Origin: Halothiobacillaceae bacterium
GTDB taxonomy: Bacteria; Pseudomonadota; Gammaproteobacteria; Halothiobacillales; Halothiobacillaceae
Direction of reading: 5' to 3'
DNA length: 64,000 nt
NCBI GenBank assembly: GCA_016938615.1
Contig: JAFGUH010000115.1
Span: 1,593 to 65,592, forward strand
The first letter of the stretch is position 1. Each line of letters starts with the position of its first letter. The position numbers and the translations under genes were made by a program. The notes beneath the pieces are model-generated. The model searched no databases, was not told where the DNA came from, and was given only the letters and a program-made list of their open reading frames with translations. This document shows positions 34,769 to 44,263 of the stretch, one piece after another.

Positions 34769-37700
34769 ATGAGTCATCCCGTCGACAGCGCCGATCCGGC
34801 GAGCATTCTCGCGTATATCAACGCCAATCGCGATCACCTGGCCCTGCGTCATCTGCCACAGATCGACCGGCAGCTGCGCCGGCTGGAGGAAGGCACGCCC
34901 GACGAGGCGGCCCTGCACCGTCTGCTCGATCGCGTCACGGCCGCCGCCGACGAGGTCGCCGCGCGCGAGGCGCTCGCGATCGACATCGCCTACCCCGAGA
35001 GCCTGCCGGTCTCCGGGGCCCGCGAGGCGATCCTCGAGGCCATCCAGTCCCACCCGGTCACCATCATTGCCGGCGAGACCGGCTCGGGCAAGACCACCCA
35101 GATCCCCAAGATGCTGCTCGAGCTGGGTTACGGCCGGCGCGGGCTGATCGGCCACACCCAGCCGCGGCGGATCGCGGCACGCAATGTCGCCCGGCGGCTG
35201 GCCGAGGAGCTCGACGAGGGCGTAAGCGCTGATGATGGGGGCGGTGACGGGCGCACCGCGGTCGGCTACAAGGTGCGCTTCTCCGACCAGACGCAACCGA
35301 ACTCGCGCGTGGCGGTGATGACCGACGGGCTGCTGCTCGCCGAGCTCACGAACGACCGCGACCTGTTGCGCTACGACGCGCTGATCATCGACGAGGCCCA
35401 CGAGCGCAGCCTCAATATCGATTTCCTGTTGGGAGTGATGAAGCGCCTGCTCAAGCGCCGGCCGGACTTCCGGCTGATCATCACCTCGGCGACCATCGAC
35501 CCCGAGCGCTTTGCCGAGCACTTTGCCGACGGGGAAAACGGCCGGCCGCCGATCATCTCGGTCAGCGGGCGCGGCTACCCGGTCGAGGTGCGCTACCGCC
35601 CGCCGGAGGCCTCCCGCGACGAGGAGTTGGGCTCCACGATCGCCCGCGGCGTGATGCATGCCGTCGACGAACTGGTCCACGAGGGCCCGGGCGACATCCT
35701 GGTGTTCCTGCCCGGCGAGCGCGAGATCCGCGAGACCGAGCGCCAGCTCTCGCGCCACGGCCTGAGGAACACCGAAATCCTGCCGCTGTACGCGCGCCTG
35801 TCGGCCGCCGACCAGCAGCGGGTGTTCGCCCCGCACGCCGGCCGACGGATCGTGCTGTCGACCAACGTCGCCGAGACCTCGCTCACTGTCCCGGGCATTC
35901 ACTACGTGATCGACTCGGGCGTGGCGCGCATCAGTCGCTACCACCCGCGGGCGCGCCTGCAGAAACTCGGTATCGAGCCGATCTCGCAGGCTTCGGCCAA
36001 CCAGCGCGCCGGGCGCTGCGGCCGGGTCGCGCCGGGCGTGTGCATCCGCCTGTTCGAGGAAGAGGACTTCGAGTCGCGCCCGGCCTTCACCGATCCCGAG
36101 ATCCTGCGCAGCAACCTCGCCTCGGTGCTGTTGCAGCTCGACTCGCTCAAGCTGGGCCGGGCCGAGGACTTCCCCTTTATCGAGCCACCGGAGCCCCGCC
36201 AGCTGGCCTCGGCGCGCAAGCACCTGTTCGAGCTGCGCGCGCTCGACGAGCAAGGTCACCTGACCGAAATCGGCCGCCGACTCTCGCGCCTGCCGATCGA
36301 CCCGACCCTGGGCCGGATGATCGTGGCGGCCCGCGAGCACGGCGACCGAGCCACCGAAGACATGCTGGTGGTCGCCGCGTTCCTCGCCCTGCAAGACCCG
36401 CGTGAACGACCGACCGAGGCACGCGGCGCTGCCGATGCCGCCCATCGCGAATTCGCCCTGGCCGACTCCGACTTCGCCAGTGCGCTCGCGCTCTGGTCGG
36501 CCTGGCACGAGGTACGCCGCCACAAGAGCCGCCGCCAGGCACGCCAGTGGGCTTCTCTGCGTTACCTCAACGCCAACCGCCTGACCGAGTGGCACGATCT
36601 GGTCGGTCAGCTGCGCCAGTCGGTCGACGAGATGTTCCGCATCCGCCTGCCGGAGTTCGAGCCGATCGTGATGCCGGACAAGCCCGAGGAGGGCGAGAAG
36701 CAGAAGGTCCCCGGCGCGCTAGCCGGGCGCATCGAGCAGCTCCACCAGGCCGCGCTCGCCGGGCTGCTCGACCATGTCGGGATGCGTGATCCCGCGCCCC
36801 CGAAGAGCTACCAGCAGGCCGCCGGCGATCACCGTGGCAAGAAACGCCGCGCGCCGACCGTGTATCTCGGCGCGCACAACCGCCGCTTCTACCTGTTCCC
36901 CGGCTCGGTGACCGTCAAGGCGCAACCCAAGTGGATGATGGCCGCCGAGATCGTCGAGACCTCGCGGGTGTTCGCGCGGATGAACGCGCCCATCAATCCG
37001 CGCTGGCTTGAACCGATGGCCGGCCATCTCGTCACCCACGAGCACAACGAACCCAGCTGGGATGCCCGATCCGGCCGGGTGACGGCCTTCGAGACGGTAC
37101 GCCTGTTCGGTCTGCCCATCGTGACCAAGCGGCGGGTCGACTTTGGCGCCATCGATCCGGTCGCTGCCCGTGACGTCTTCATCCGCCGCGCGCTGGTGGA
37201 GGGGGATTTCGAGTCGGCCCAGCCGTTCTGGCAACACAACCAGGCCTTGATCGAGGAGATACGCACGCTGGAGGCCAAGCTGCGCCGCCCGGCCTTCCTG
37301 GTCGACGACCAGGTGCTCTACGACTTCTACCAGGCCCGCATCCCGGTCGAGGTCACCGATGCACGCAAGCTCAATCACTGGATCAAGGACGACCGCGCCG
37401 CGGCGGCGAGCCTGGAACTGACCCGTGATGATCTGTTGGCCACCGAGCCCGACGACCGCCGCCTGTCCGAGCTGCCCGATCACTGGCAGGCCGGGCGCTA
37501 CCGCCTCAAGCTGTCCTATCACTTCGCCCCCGGCGAGCCCGATGACGGCGTGAGCCTGCATATTCCGATCGGCCTGCTCGACTCGTTCGACGCCGCGCCC
37601 ACCACCCACCTGGTACCGGGACTGCGGCGCGAGAAGATCGAGACCCTGATCCGCGGTCTGCCCAAGGCCGAGCGCCGGCATTTCGTGCCGGCGCCGAGCT

Positions 37701-38878
37701 TCGCCGAGGCGGTCGAGGAGCGCCTCACTGATACCGACCTGCCGCTCACGCAGGCGGTAGCCGACGAGCTGCGCCGCATGACCGGCCACGAGGTCGACCC
37801 CGCATTACTCGACGAATCGAAGCTGCCCGAGCACCTGCGCATGCGTTTTGTCGCCGTCGACGAGGACGGCGAGCCGATCGACGCCGATCGCGACATCAAC
37901 GCGCTGCGCGGCCGGCAGGCGCAGCGCGCCCGCCAGGCGTTCAACCAGCGCTCCAAGCACCGCCTCGAGGATCATCGCACCACCGAATGGGATCTCGGCG
38001 AACTGCCCGACACCCTCACTATCGAGAGCGGCGGGGCAGAAATCGAGGCGCATCCGGCACTGGTCGACGACGGCGATGCCGTGCGCGTCGAGCTGATCGA
38101 CGACCCCGAGCGCGCCCACCTGATCCACGAGGCCGGCGTGGTTCGCCTGATGCTGCTGGCCCGCGCCCAGCAGGTCCGCCAGGCCGAGTCCGACCTGCGC
38201 GGCGACCGTTCGCTCGACACCGTCCGCCTGCACTACAGCCGATTGAAGGCGACCCGGCCAGTCCCGCAAGAGGGCATGCACCGCCCCAAACGTGCCGACC
38301 GCGCCTTCGACCAGGAGCTGATTTTCCGCGCCGCCTGGGAACTGGCGGTGGCCGGCAAACCGCCGGTACGCGATGCCGAGACCTTCCGCGAGCGCCTCGA
38401 TCGACTCGACCAGGCGCTGGGCGTCCGGGCAAGTGCCCTGGCGCAGGAGGTCAAAAGCATTCTCGAACGGCAACATCGCCTGCGCCGCCAGCTTAGTGGA
38501 CGACTGCCGCTGTCGGTGATCGAGGCGGCCCGCGAGGTGGGCGAACAGCTCGACCTGTTGATCCATCCCAGCTTTATCTGGCTCGCCAGCCCGGAACGAT
38601 TGGACGCCCTGCCGCGTTATCTCGAGGGTGCCGAGAAGCGCCTGGAGAAGACCGAACGGCAGCCCGAACGCGACCGCATGCTGCGCGTCCCCTTCGCCCC
38701 ATTGGCCGAGCAGGTGAGAAACCGGCTGACCAAAGGTACGCCCGACCTGCCCGACTGGCATCGACGCGAGGCCCTGCTCGACCTGCTCGAGGGCCATCGC
38801 CTGGCCGTGTTCGCCCAGGAACTGGCCGGCAAGGGCGCGCCCAAGGCCAAGGACATCGAGGCGGCGCTGAACGGGTAA
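34769..38878 (+). CDS. hrpA: ATP-dependent RNA helicase HrpA (DEAH box)
   Basis: ORF 34589..38878. In-frame ATGs at 34745, 34760 and 34769. Motifs GETGSGKTTQIPK, IIDEAHERS, SATID, TNVAETSLT, QRAGRCGR, and the long HrpA-specific C-terminal extension. Confidence 0.9.
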   Translation: MSHPVDSADPASILAYINANRDHLALRHLPQIDRQLRRLEEGTPDEAALHRLLDRVTAAADEVAAREALAIDIAYPESLPVSGAREAILEAIQSHPVTIIAGETGSGKTTQIPKMLLELGYGRRGLIGHTQPRRIAARNVARRLAEELDEGVSADDGGGDGRTAVGYKVRFSDQTQPNSRVAVMTDGLLLAELTNDRDLLRYDALIIDEAHERSLNIDFLLGVMKRLLKRRPDFRLIITSATIDPERFAEHFADGENGRPPIISVSGRGYPVEVRYRPPEASRDEELGSTIARGVMHAVDELVHEGPGDILVFLPGEREIRETERQLSRHGLRNTEILPLYARLSAADQQRVFAPHAGRRIVLSTNVAETSLTVPGIHYVIDSGVARISRYHPRARLQKLGIEPISQASANQRAGRCGRVAPGVCIRLFEEEDFESRPAFTDPEILRSNLASVLLQLDSLKLGRAEDFPFIEPPEPRQLASARKHLFELRALDEQGHLTEIGRRLSRLPIDPTLGRMIVAAREHGDRATEDMLVVAAFLALQDPRERPTEARGAADAAHREFALADSDFASALALWSAWHEVRRHKSRRQARQWASLRYLNANRLTEWHDLVGQLRQSVDEMFRIRLPEFEPIVMPDKPEEGEKQKVPGALAGRIEQLHQAALAGLLDHVGMRDPAPPKSYQQAAGDHRGKKRRAPTVYLGAHNRRFYLFPGSVTVKAQPKWMMAAEIVETSRVFARMNAPINPRWLEPMAGHLVTHEHNEPSWDARSGRVTAFETVRLFGLPIVTKRRVDFGAIDPVAARDVFIRRALVEGDFESAQPFWQHNQALIEEIRTLEAKLRRPAFLVDDQVLYDFYQARIPVEVTDARKLNHWIKDDRAAAASLELTRDDLLATEPDDRRLSELPDHWQAGRYRLKLSYHFAPGEPDDGVSLHIPIGLLDSFDAAPTTHLVPGLRREKIETLIRGLPKAERRHFVPAPSFAEAVEERLTDTDLPLTQAVADELRRMTGHEVDPALLDESKLPEHLRMRFVAVDEDGEPIDADRDINALRGRQAQRARQAFNQRSKHRLEDHRTTEWDLGELPDTLTIESGGAEIEAHPALVDDGDAVRVELIDDPERAHLIHEAGVVRLMLLARAQQVRQAESDLRGDRSLDTVRLHYSRLKATRPVPQEGMHRPKRADRAFDQELIFRAAWELAVAGKPPVRDAETFRERLDRLDQALGVRASALAQEVKSILERQHRLRRQLSGRLPLSVIEAAREVGEQLDLLIHPSFIWLASPERLDALPRYLEGAEKRLEKTERQPERDRMLRVPFAPLAEQVRNRLTKGTPDLPDWHRREALLDLLEGHRLAVFAQELAGKGAPKAKDIEAALNG

Positions 38879-38989
38879 AAACGCGAGCGACATCCGCTCA
38901 CACCGAGTTGCCGCAGACCGGGCACCGACCGACGGATAACGGCCTCACGCCACTGGTCTATAACCGATAGATGACGCGAGGATGCCGAA

Positions 38990-39691
38990 ATGAATGATCT
39001 ATCGAAGAGCGCGAGACCGAAAACGCCGGTTCTTGGCCAGGCGATTCCCCGGACCACCGCATTGGCGCTGACCGTGACAATCGCTTTGGCGGCGCTCCTG
39101 CTGGCGGGCACACCGGCGACAGGGATTGCCGCCGAGCGGGCCACCGTCTACAAGTGCACCCACTCCGACGGTCGCGTTGTCTACTCCGACGCACCCTGCA
39201 ACGGCAACATGGAGGTGCAGACCATCACGGCGCCCGAGGCCGGTCGCGGAGGCGAGGCGGCACGCGAGGGTATCGATCGGTTGGCGCGCGAATACGACCA
39301 GCGCCGCGAGGCGGAGCGCCAAGCCGAACGCAAGGCGGCCGAGCGAGCCCGCGACCAGGCGCGCCGCGACGCCCTGGACGATCGCCTCGCCAACCCGGAT
39401 ATCACGGTGGTGACCCCCTGGTCCGGCAGCTCGGCCTACCCGCACTATCCGCTCGTTCCCTACGAACGCTACCGCAGTCGCACGGGCGGCGGGGCCCGGC
39501 TGAACGACGACGGTCTGTCTTTGTGGTTCGGTGAGCACTACCCGACGCCACGGCACGACCGAGGTCACCGGCGACAGAGGAAGGATGGCGACCACCGCCC
39601 GCCGCGACACCCCTACTCCGTCGACGGGCAACCGATCAAGGAACCGGGCTATTCCGGCCGCTACCCCGGCGGCTTTCCCGGCTACCAGTAA
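38990..39691 (+). CDS. DUF4124-domain exported protein with Arg/His/Pro/Tyr/Gly-rich tail
   Basis: 233 aa. Signal/anchor, then VYKCTHSDGRVVYSDAPC (DUF4124 core), a charged coiled segment REAERQAERKAAERARDQARRD, and a low-complexity C-terminus. Confidence 0.6.
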   Translation: MNDLSKSARPKTPVLGQAIPRTTALALTVTIALAALLLAGTPATGIAAERATVYKCTHSDGRVVYSDAPCNGNMEVQTITAPEAGRGGEAAREGIDRLAREYDQRREAERQAERKAAERARDQARRDALDDRLANPDITVVTPWSGSSAYPHYPLVPYERYRSRTGGGARLNDDGLSLWFGEHYPTPRHDRGHRRQRKDGDHRPPRHPYSVDGQPIKEPGYSGRYPGGFPGYQ

Positions 39692-39782
39692 CGGGCTTGC
39701 GTTAAAACGCAACGCCCGAGGCGACGTGAGCAAACGGAATTTGCGACAATCGCCAGTCCATTCATCACGCAAGCCTCCCGCC

Positions 39783-40088
39783 ATGCACGCCCACATCTAC
39801 AAGAGTCGCAAGAACCCCGACATGTACCTGTTCGTCGAGGAGGGACAGGACCTCGACATGCTCGATGCCATGGTGCGCGAGCGCCTGGGCGAGCTGGAAT
39901 TCGTCATGGAACTGGACCTGTCCGAAGACCGGCAACTGGCCCGAACCGACACCACGACTGTGCGTGACCACATCGAGAAGCTCGGTTTCCATCTGCAGAT
40001 GCCGCCGACCGCCGAGAACTGGGCGCACTGGGACAACCTCAAGGCCGGCATCCGTGCCGGCAAGGCTCGCCCCGAATGGCCAGAATGA
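39783..40088 (+). CDS. ycgL: YcgL-domain protein
   Basis: 101 aa from an internal ATG. MHAHIYKSRKNPDMYLFVEEGQDL...LGELEFVMELDLS matches the YcgL (DUF709) pattern. Confidence 0.7.
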   Translation: MHAHIYKSRKNPDMYLFVEEGQDLDMLDAMVRERLGELEFVMELDLSEDRQLARTDTTTVRDHIEKLGFHLQMPPTAENWAHWDNLKAGIRAGKARPEWPE

Positions 40089-40102
40089 CCCAGGCGAACC
40101 GA

Positions 40103-40552
40103 ATGACACGCCCGCTCGTCAGCCTCGCGGCCTTGCTGACGTATCTGTTCCTGACCGGTTGCGGGGCCGCCGGCCCGAACGAGACCGAGGTGCGAGACAT
40201 CCTCCAGTCGGCGCTCGATCCAACGGGCGAGGTGGTAATGGTCGAGACGATCGACCGGTTGAACGTCGCGCAGCAGGGAGCACTGTGGGTGGCCGATGTG
40301 ACGGCCACGCTGCGATTCCCGCGGAGCCTGACGGCAGTGGTCGGCGAGATGGGAGAAGATGGCAGCGCGACGCAAACCCTGACGCGGCTGGGACTGATGA
40401 TGCGTTTCGGCCCGTTCAAGGCCGGGGAAACCCGCGTCTACGATCGGCGTCTGCGATTGATCGAGGGCCGCAACGGTTGGATGCAGGCAGAACCGCCTGC
40501 CGACGACAAGCAATCAGCCGGATTTGCACCGCACTTTGCGGCGCGCCTCTGA
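40103..40552 (+). CDS. Hypothetical lipoprotein
   Basis: MTRPLVSLAALLTYLFLTGC lipobox. Start chosen to avoid overlap with ycgL (ORF 40076..40552). No recognised family. Confidence 0.55.
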   Translation: MTRPLVSLAALLTYLFLTGCGAAGPNETEVRDILQSALDPTGEVVMVETIDRLNVAQQGALWVADVTATLRFPRSLTAVVGEMGEDGSATQTLTRLGLMMRFGPFKAGETRVYDRRLRLIEGRNGWMQAEPPADDKQSAGFAPHFAARL

Positions 40553-40580
40553 GCGGACCCGACCGAGACGACATGGCCCC

Positions 40581-41438
40581 TCAGAGCGCGGCAATCTCGT
40601 GCAGGCGGTCGAAGTCGAGTTCAATGCCGTTGTGCGCCACGAACATCGGATTGAGCAGCGAATCGCGGGTGTTGTAGCGCAGCGGCCGCCCGGCGAGATC
40701 GGTCAAGGCACCGCCGGCGGCCTCGAGTACGCATTGCGAAGCAGCGGTGTCCCACTCGGAGGTCGGCCCCAGTCGCGGGTAGAGATCGGCCTTGCCCTCG
40801 GCGACCAGGCAGGTCTTGAGCGAACTGCCGCAGCGGACCACGTTGGCCTGGTCGCCACCGGGCCGGGAGAATATCTCGATCAGGTGCATCTCGCGTCGGC
40901 TGGCATGCGAGCGCGAGAGGGCCAGAGTCGGGGGCTCGGCCACCGGCCGCACCCGGATCGGGCGGGCCTCGCCATCCTCGTAGCGCCAGGCCCCGTCGCC
41001 ACGGATCGCGGCGTACTCGACGTCGATGGCCGGGGCGAGCACCACGCCAAGCACCGGCTCCCCGGCATCGATCAGGGCGATGTTGACCGAGAACTCGCCA
41101 TTGCGCTTGACGAACTCGCGCGTGCCGTCGAGCGGATCGACCAACCAGTAGCGCGACCATTCACGTCGCTCGCGCCAGGCCGGCGCTCGCCCCTCTTCCG
41201 TGATGATCGGCCAGCCGCCACCGAGGCTGGCCAGGCGCTCGGCGATCAGGTGGTTGGCCACCAGGTCCGCCTCGGTGACCGGGGAGGCATCCGCCTTGCG
41301 CTCGACGGTGAAATCCTGCTCGTAGACCCGCATGATGGCTCGCCCCGCGTCCTCGGCGATCGCGCGCACCTCGTCGAGCAACTCCCGGCCGACGCCAGCG
41401 GCCACGGCGACTCGCCGATCGGGGGTCTTGCCGGTCAC
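40581..41438 (-). CDS. cysQ: 3'(2'),5'-bisphosphate nucleotidase CysQ
   Basis: 285 aa with GTG start overlapping the nudE stop (GTGA). Motifs PVTEADL, WLVDPLDGTREF, and C-terminal EWDTAASQCVLEAAGG. Confidence 0.85.
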   Translation of the reverse strand: MTGKTPDRRVAVAAGVGRELLDEVRAIAEDAGRAIMRVYEQDFTVERKADASPVTEADLVANHLIAERLASLGGGWPIITEEGRAPAWRERREWSRYWLVDPLDGTREFVKRNGEFSVNIALIDAGEPVLGVVLAPAIDVEYAAIRGDGAWRYEDGEARPIRVRPVAEPPTLALSRSHASRREMHLIEIFSRPGGDQANVVRCGSSLKTCLVAEGKADLYPRLGPTSEWDTAASQCVLEAAGGALTDLAGRPLRYNTRDSLLNPMFVAHNGIELDFDRLHEIAAL

Positions 41439-42004
41439 GAGGCCTCACCCCGCGCGCGACGTTGCCGATGCGCACGCACCAGATACAGGGCGGCCAGCGA
41501 GCGCGCCTCCGAGCAGTCCCCCGAGGCGGCGAACTCGTCCAGCTCGCCCAGTGGCAGGTAGGTCACCTCGAGTGCCTCGGGTTCGTCACCCGGCAGCGTA
41601 GCCGGGTACAGCGACTCGGCCAGCACTACCTGCGTGCGTTGGCCCGAGTAGGTCGGTGCCATCGTCATCTCGTTGAGTTGCGTCAGCCGTCGGGCGGCAA
41701 ACCCCGCCTCCTCCATCAATTCGCGGTTGGCCGCCTCGAGCGGCGTCTCGCCGGCATCGATGCGCCCCTTGGGCAGACCGAGTTCGTAACGCTCGGTGCC
41801 ACAGGCGTACTCGCGGATCAGGACGAACCGGTCGTCGTCGGTCAGCGCCGCCACGATCACCGCCCCGCGCGGGCTGCCACTCAGGCGTTCGAAGGTGACT
41901 TCCGTTCCGTTGTCGAAGGCGAGGTCCACTCCCTCGACCCGAAACAAACGGGTTTCGGCGAGCGGGCGGACAGCTCGAATGACCGGCGGTGCGTGCTGGG
42001 GCAT
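41435..42004 (-). CDS. nudE: ADP compounds hydrolase NudE (Nudix)
   Basis: Started at MPQHAPPVIRAVRPL. Nudix box GRIDAGETPLEAANRELMEEAGF. nudE-cysQ adjacency as in Pseudomonas. Confidence 0.8.
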   Translation of the reverse strand: MPQHAPPVIRAVRPLAETRLFRVEGVDLAFDNGTEVTFERLSGSPRGAVIVAALTDDDRFVLIREYACGTERYELGLPKGRIDAGETPLEAANRELMEEAGFAARRLTQLNEMTMAPTYSGQRTQVVLAESLYPATLPGDEPEALEVTYLPLGELDEFAASGDCSEARSLAALYLVRAHRQRRARGEAS

Positions 42005-42190
42005 GAGGTCTCCGTTCCTGGACAATACCTGGACGATACAGCGCCTCCATTGTAGCCGACATGCCTCGCCTCGCCCGTCTCTCTCAGCCCGAAGAGGCGA
42101 CCAATTCGCATGCGACCGATTTACGCGGCAGCCTTGCCTTTGAGCGCAGAATTGCAAACAATGCGCGCCTGCGTCAGAGGTGGCGACCTC

Positions 42191-42240
42191 GCCGGGCTAG
42201 AGAAGATCTGCATGTCCGTGCAGAGACTCCCTAGCCCGGC
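42191..42240. repeat. 50-bp CTAG-bounded hairpin, apparent mini-derivative of the repeat family
   Basis: GCCGGGCTAG-AGAAGATCTGCA-TGTCCG-TGCAGAGACTCC-CTAGCCCGGC. Perfect 10-bp outer arms. Inner arms match the element termini (CTAGGGA[A/G]NNNCTGCA). Abuts the riboswitch 5' end. Confidence 0.55.
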
Positions 42241-42385
42241 GGCGGTCGCTGAAACAGGGAAACAGGTCGAACGCCTGTGCTGCCCCCGCAACGGTAGGCG
42301 GTGACGCCGGCATCTTCACGCCACTGGTCGACGACCGGGAAGGCGATGCCGGTAGGCCGCGAGCCCGGAGACCGGCCTCTGATCG
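42238..42385 (+). promoter_or_regulatory. Cobalamin (AdoCbl-type) riboswitch in the btuB leader
   Basis: Conserved blocks in order: CAGGGAAACAGGT, GCTGCCCCCGCAACGGTA, GCCACTGG, CGGGAAGGCG, and the B12 box AGCCCGGAGACCGGCC (42362-42377). Lies 50-190 nt upstream of the btuB ATG. Confidence 0.85.
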
Positions 42386-42433
42386 GCTTTACCGACCCGC
42401 GGTGGGCGAGTCGGCGCATCGATCCCGATACCC

Positions 42434-44224
42434 ATGAAAAATCCTGCCCGACTTCCGCTGGCCGCCGGCCTTGGCGGCTTGACCCTGCTTGTATCCAACG
42501 GCGTCGTCGCCGACAACCGGCTGGGGCCAATCAACATCACCGCGACGCGCGAGGCACCGGCCGTGGCGCCGGCCATGCCCGAAACCGTGATCACGCGCGA
42601 GGAAATCGAGCGCAGCCAGGCGCGATCAGTCGAAGACTTGCTCGCCGGGCTCGCCGGGCTGACCGTCACCAATCTGGGGGGGCCGGGCAAACAGTCCAAC
42701 GTATCGATCTGGGGGCAAAGCGCCAGCCGGACGGCGGTCTTCCTCGACGGCGTGCGCATCGGCTCGGTCTCCGCTGGCCAGACCTATCTCGAACACCTCC
42801 CCCTCACCCAGGTCGAACGCATCGAGATCGTACGCGGCCCCCGTTCCGGTCAGTGGGGCGCGGATGCCGGCGGCGGCGTGATCCAGATATTCACCCGCAA
42901 GGCCACCGAGAACGGGTCGAACCTGTCCGGTGGCATCGGCGCGGGCTCGCGCGGCCAACGCGAAGCCGATCTCCGAATCGGTGCCCGCCAGGACGCGTTC
43001 GACTATTCGCTGGGCGTGGCCCACAGCGAAACCGATGGCTTCGATGCCCAGAGCGACGAATCCACGGATCCGGACGATGACGGCTATGAGCGGGACTCCG
43101 CCCAGTTGCAGGCCGGTTACCGCTTCGGTGACGGAGGCCATGTCCGCGCCCACGCGATTGCCAGCACAGCCGAGGTGGAATACGACGGGTTCTACCAGGA
43201 ATCGGAGATCGAGCAGCGCACCATCGGGCTGTCAGCCTCGACCGGCCGGATCGGGTTCTGGCAACTGCGCGCCCGAGCCGGCCGTCATATCGACGACCAG
43301 GACAATATCGACATGTTCGGTGGCACCTCGCGCTTCGACACGCAGCGCGACACGCTCTTTCTCGCCAATGACTTCTTCCTCGGCGAAGCGGCGACCCTCA
43401 CGCTCGGCGCCGACCAGACCGACGACGAGCTTTCCAGTGACCCACAATACGAGGAGACCGAGCGCCGTAACCAGGCGCTGTTCGCTCAGGTCAACACGAC
43501 ACTGGCCGGGAAGCTCGACATCCAGGGGGCGCTACGACGCGACGACAACGAACAGTTCGGCACAGCGAATACCGGTTCGCTCGACTTGGCCTACACCCTT
43601 ACCGAGGACTGGACGCTGACTGCCGGGTACGGCACCTCGTTTACCGCTCCGTCATTCAATCTTCTCTATTTCCCCGGATTCAGCAATCCCGACCTGCAAC
43701 CGGAGCGCACTCGCACGACTCGTGCCGGCGTCGACTGGCAGCATGGACCATACGCGCTGGGATTCAGCGCCTTTCACAGCAAGGTGCGCGGTTTCATCAC
43801 GCCCGGCGAGAATCCCGAGAACATCGATCGTGCCACGATCGATGGGGCCGAACTCTCGGGCACCATGGCCCTGGACGGGTGGCAAACGGGGCTCGCGCTC
43901 ACGTATCTGTCCACCGAGGACCGAAAATCCGGGAATCGGTTGCCAAGACAGCCCCGCTGGAGTGGCCGAGTCGACATTGACCGGACCTTTGGCACATTCT
44001 CAGTCGGCACCACGTTCCGAGGTCAGAGCGATTCCGAAGGGGGACGGTTCGCACCGGACAACCAGGGTTTTGTCACGGCGGATCTGCGGGGCAGCTACCG
44101 CATCGACGACGACTGGCGCATCGAGGCGCGCGTGGAAAACCTCTTCGATCGCGACTACCAGGTCGTGCAGGGTTACAATCAAGCCCCGCGCGGCGTGTTT
44201 GTGAGCCTGCGCTACGGCCGGTAA
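42434..44224 (+). CDS. btuB: TonB-dependent vitamin B12 outer-membrane receptor BtuB
   Basis: 596 aa. Signal peptide, plug domain ETVITREEIERSQARSVEDLLAGLAGLTV...VFLDGVRIG...ERIEIVRGPRSGQWGADAGGGVIQIFT, and a 22-strand-sized barrel. Riboswitch-controlled. Confidence 0.85.
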   Translation: MKNPARLPLAAGLGGLTLLVSNGVVADNRLGPINITATREAPAVAPAMPETVITREEIERSQARSVEDLLAGLAGLTVTNLGGPGKQSNVSIWGQSASRTAVFLDGVRIGSVSAGQTYLEHLPLTQVERIEIVRGPRSGQWGADAGGGVIQIFTRKATENGSNLSGGIGAGSRGQREADLRIGARQDAFDYSLGVAHSETDGFDAQSDESTDPDDDGYERDSAQLQAGYRFGDGGHVRAHAIASTAEVEYDGFYQESEIEQRTIGLSASTGRIGFWQLRARAGRHIDDQDNIDMFGGTSRFDTQRDTLFLANDFFLGEAATLTLGADQTDDELSSDPQYEETERRNQALFAQVNTTLAGKLDIQGALRRDDNEQFGTANTGSLDLAYTLTEDWTLTAGYGTSFTAPSFNLLYFPGFSNPDLQPERTRTTRAGVDWQHGPYALGFSAFHSKVRGFITPGENPENIDRATIDGAELSGTMALDGWQTGLALTYLSTEDRKSGNRLPRQPRWSGRVDIDRTFGTFSVGTTFRGQSDSEGGRFAPDNQGFVTADLRGSYRIDDDWRIEARVENLFDRDYQVVQGYNQAPRGVFVSLRYGR

Positions 44225-44263
44225 CATAGCGCCATCCCCGGCCTTTCAGGACGTCATCCGACC

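Noticed and set aside
34715-38893. Three long minus-strand ORFs (626, 356 and 362 aa) opposite hrpA
   Set aside because: They are antisense to a helicase that has every DEAH/HrpA motif. They show no motifs and have biased composition.
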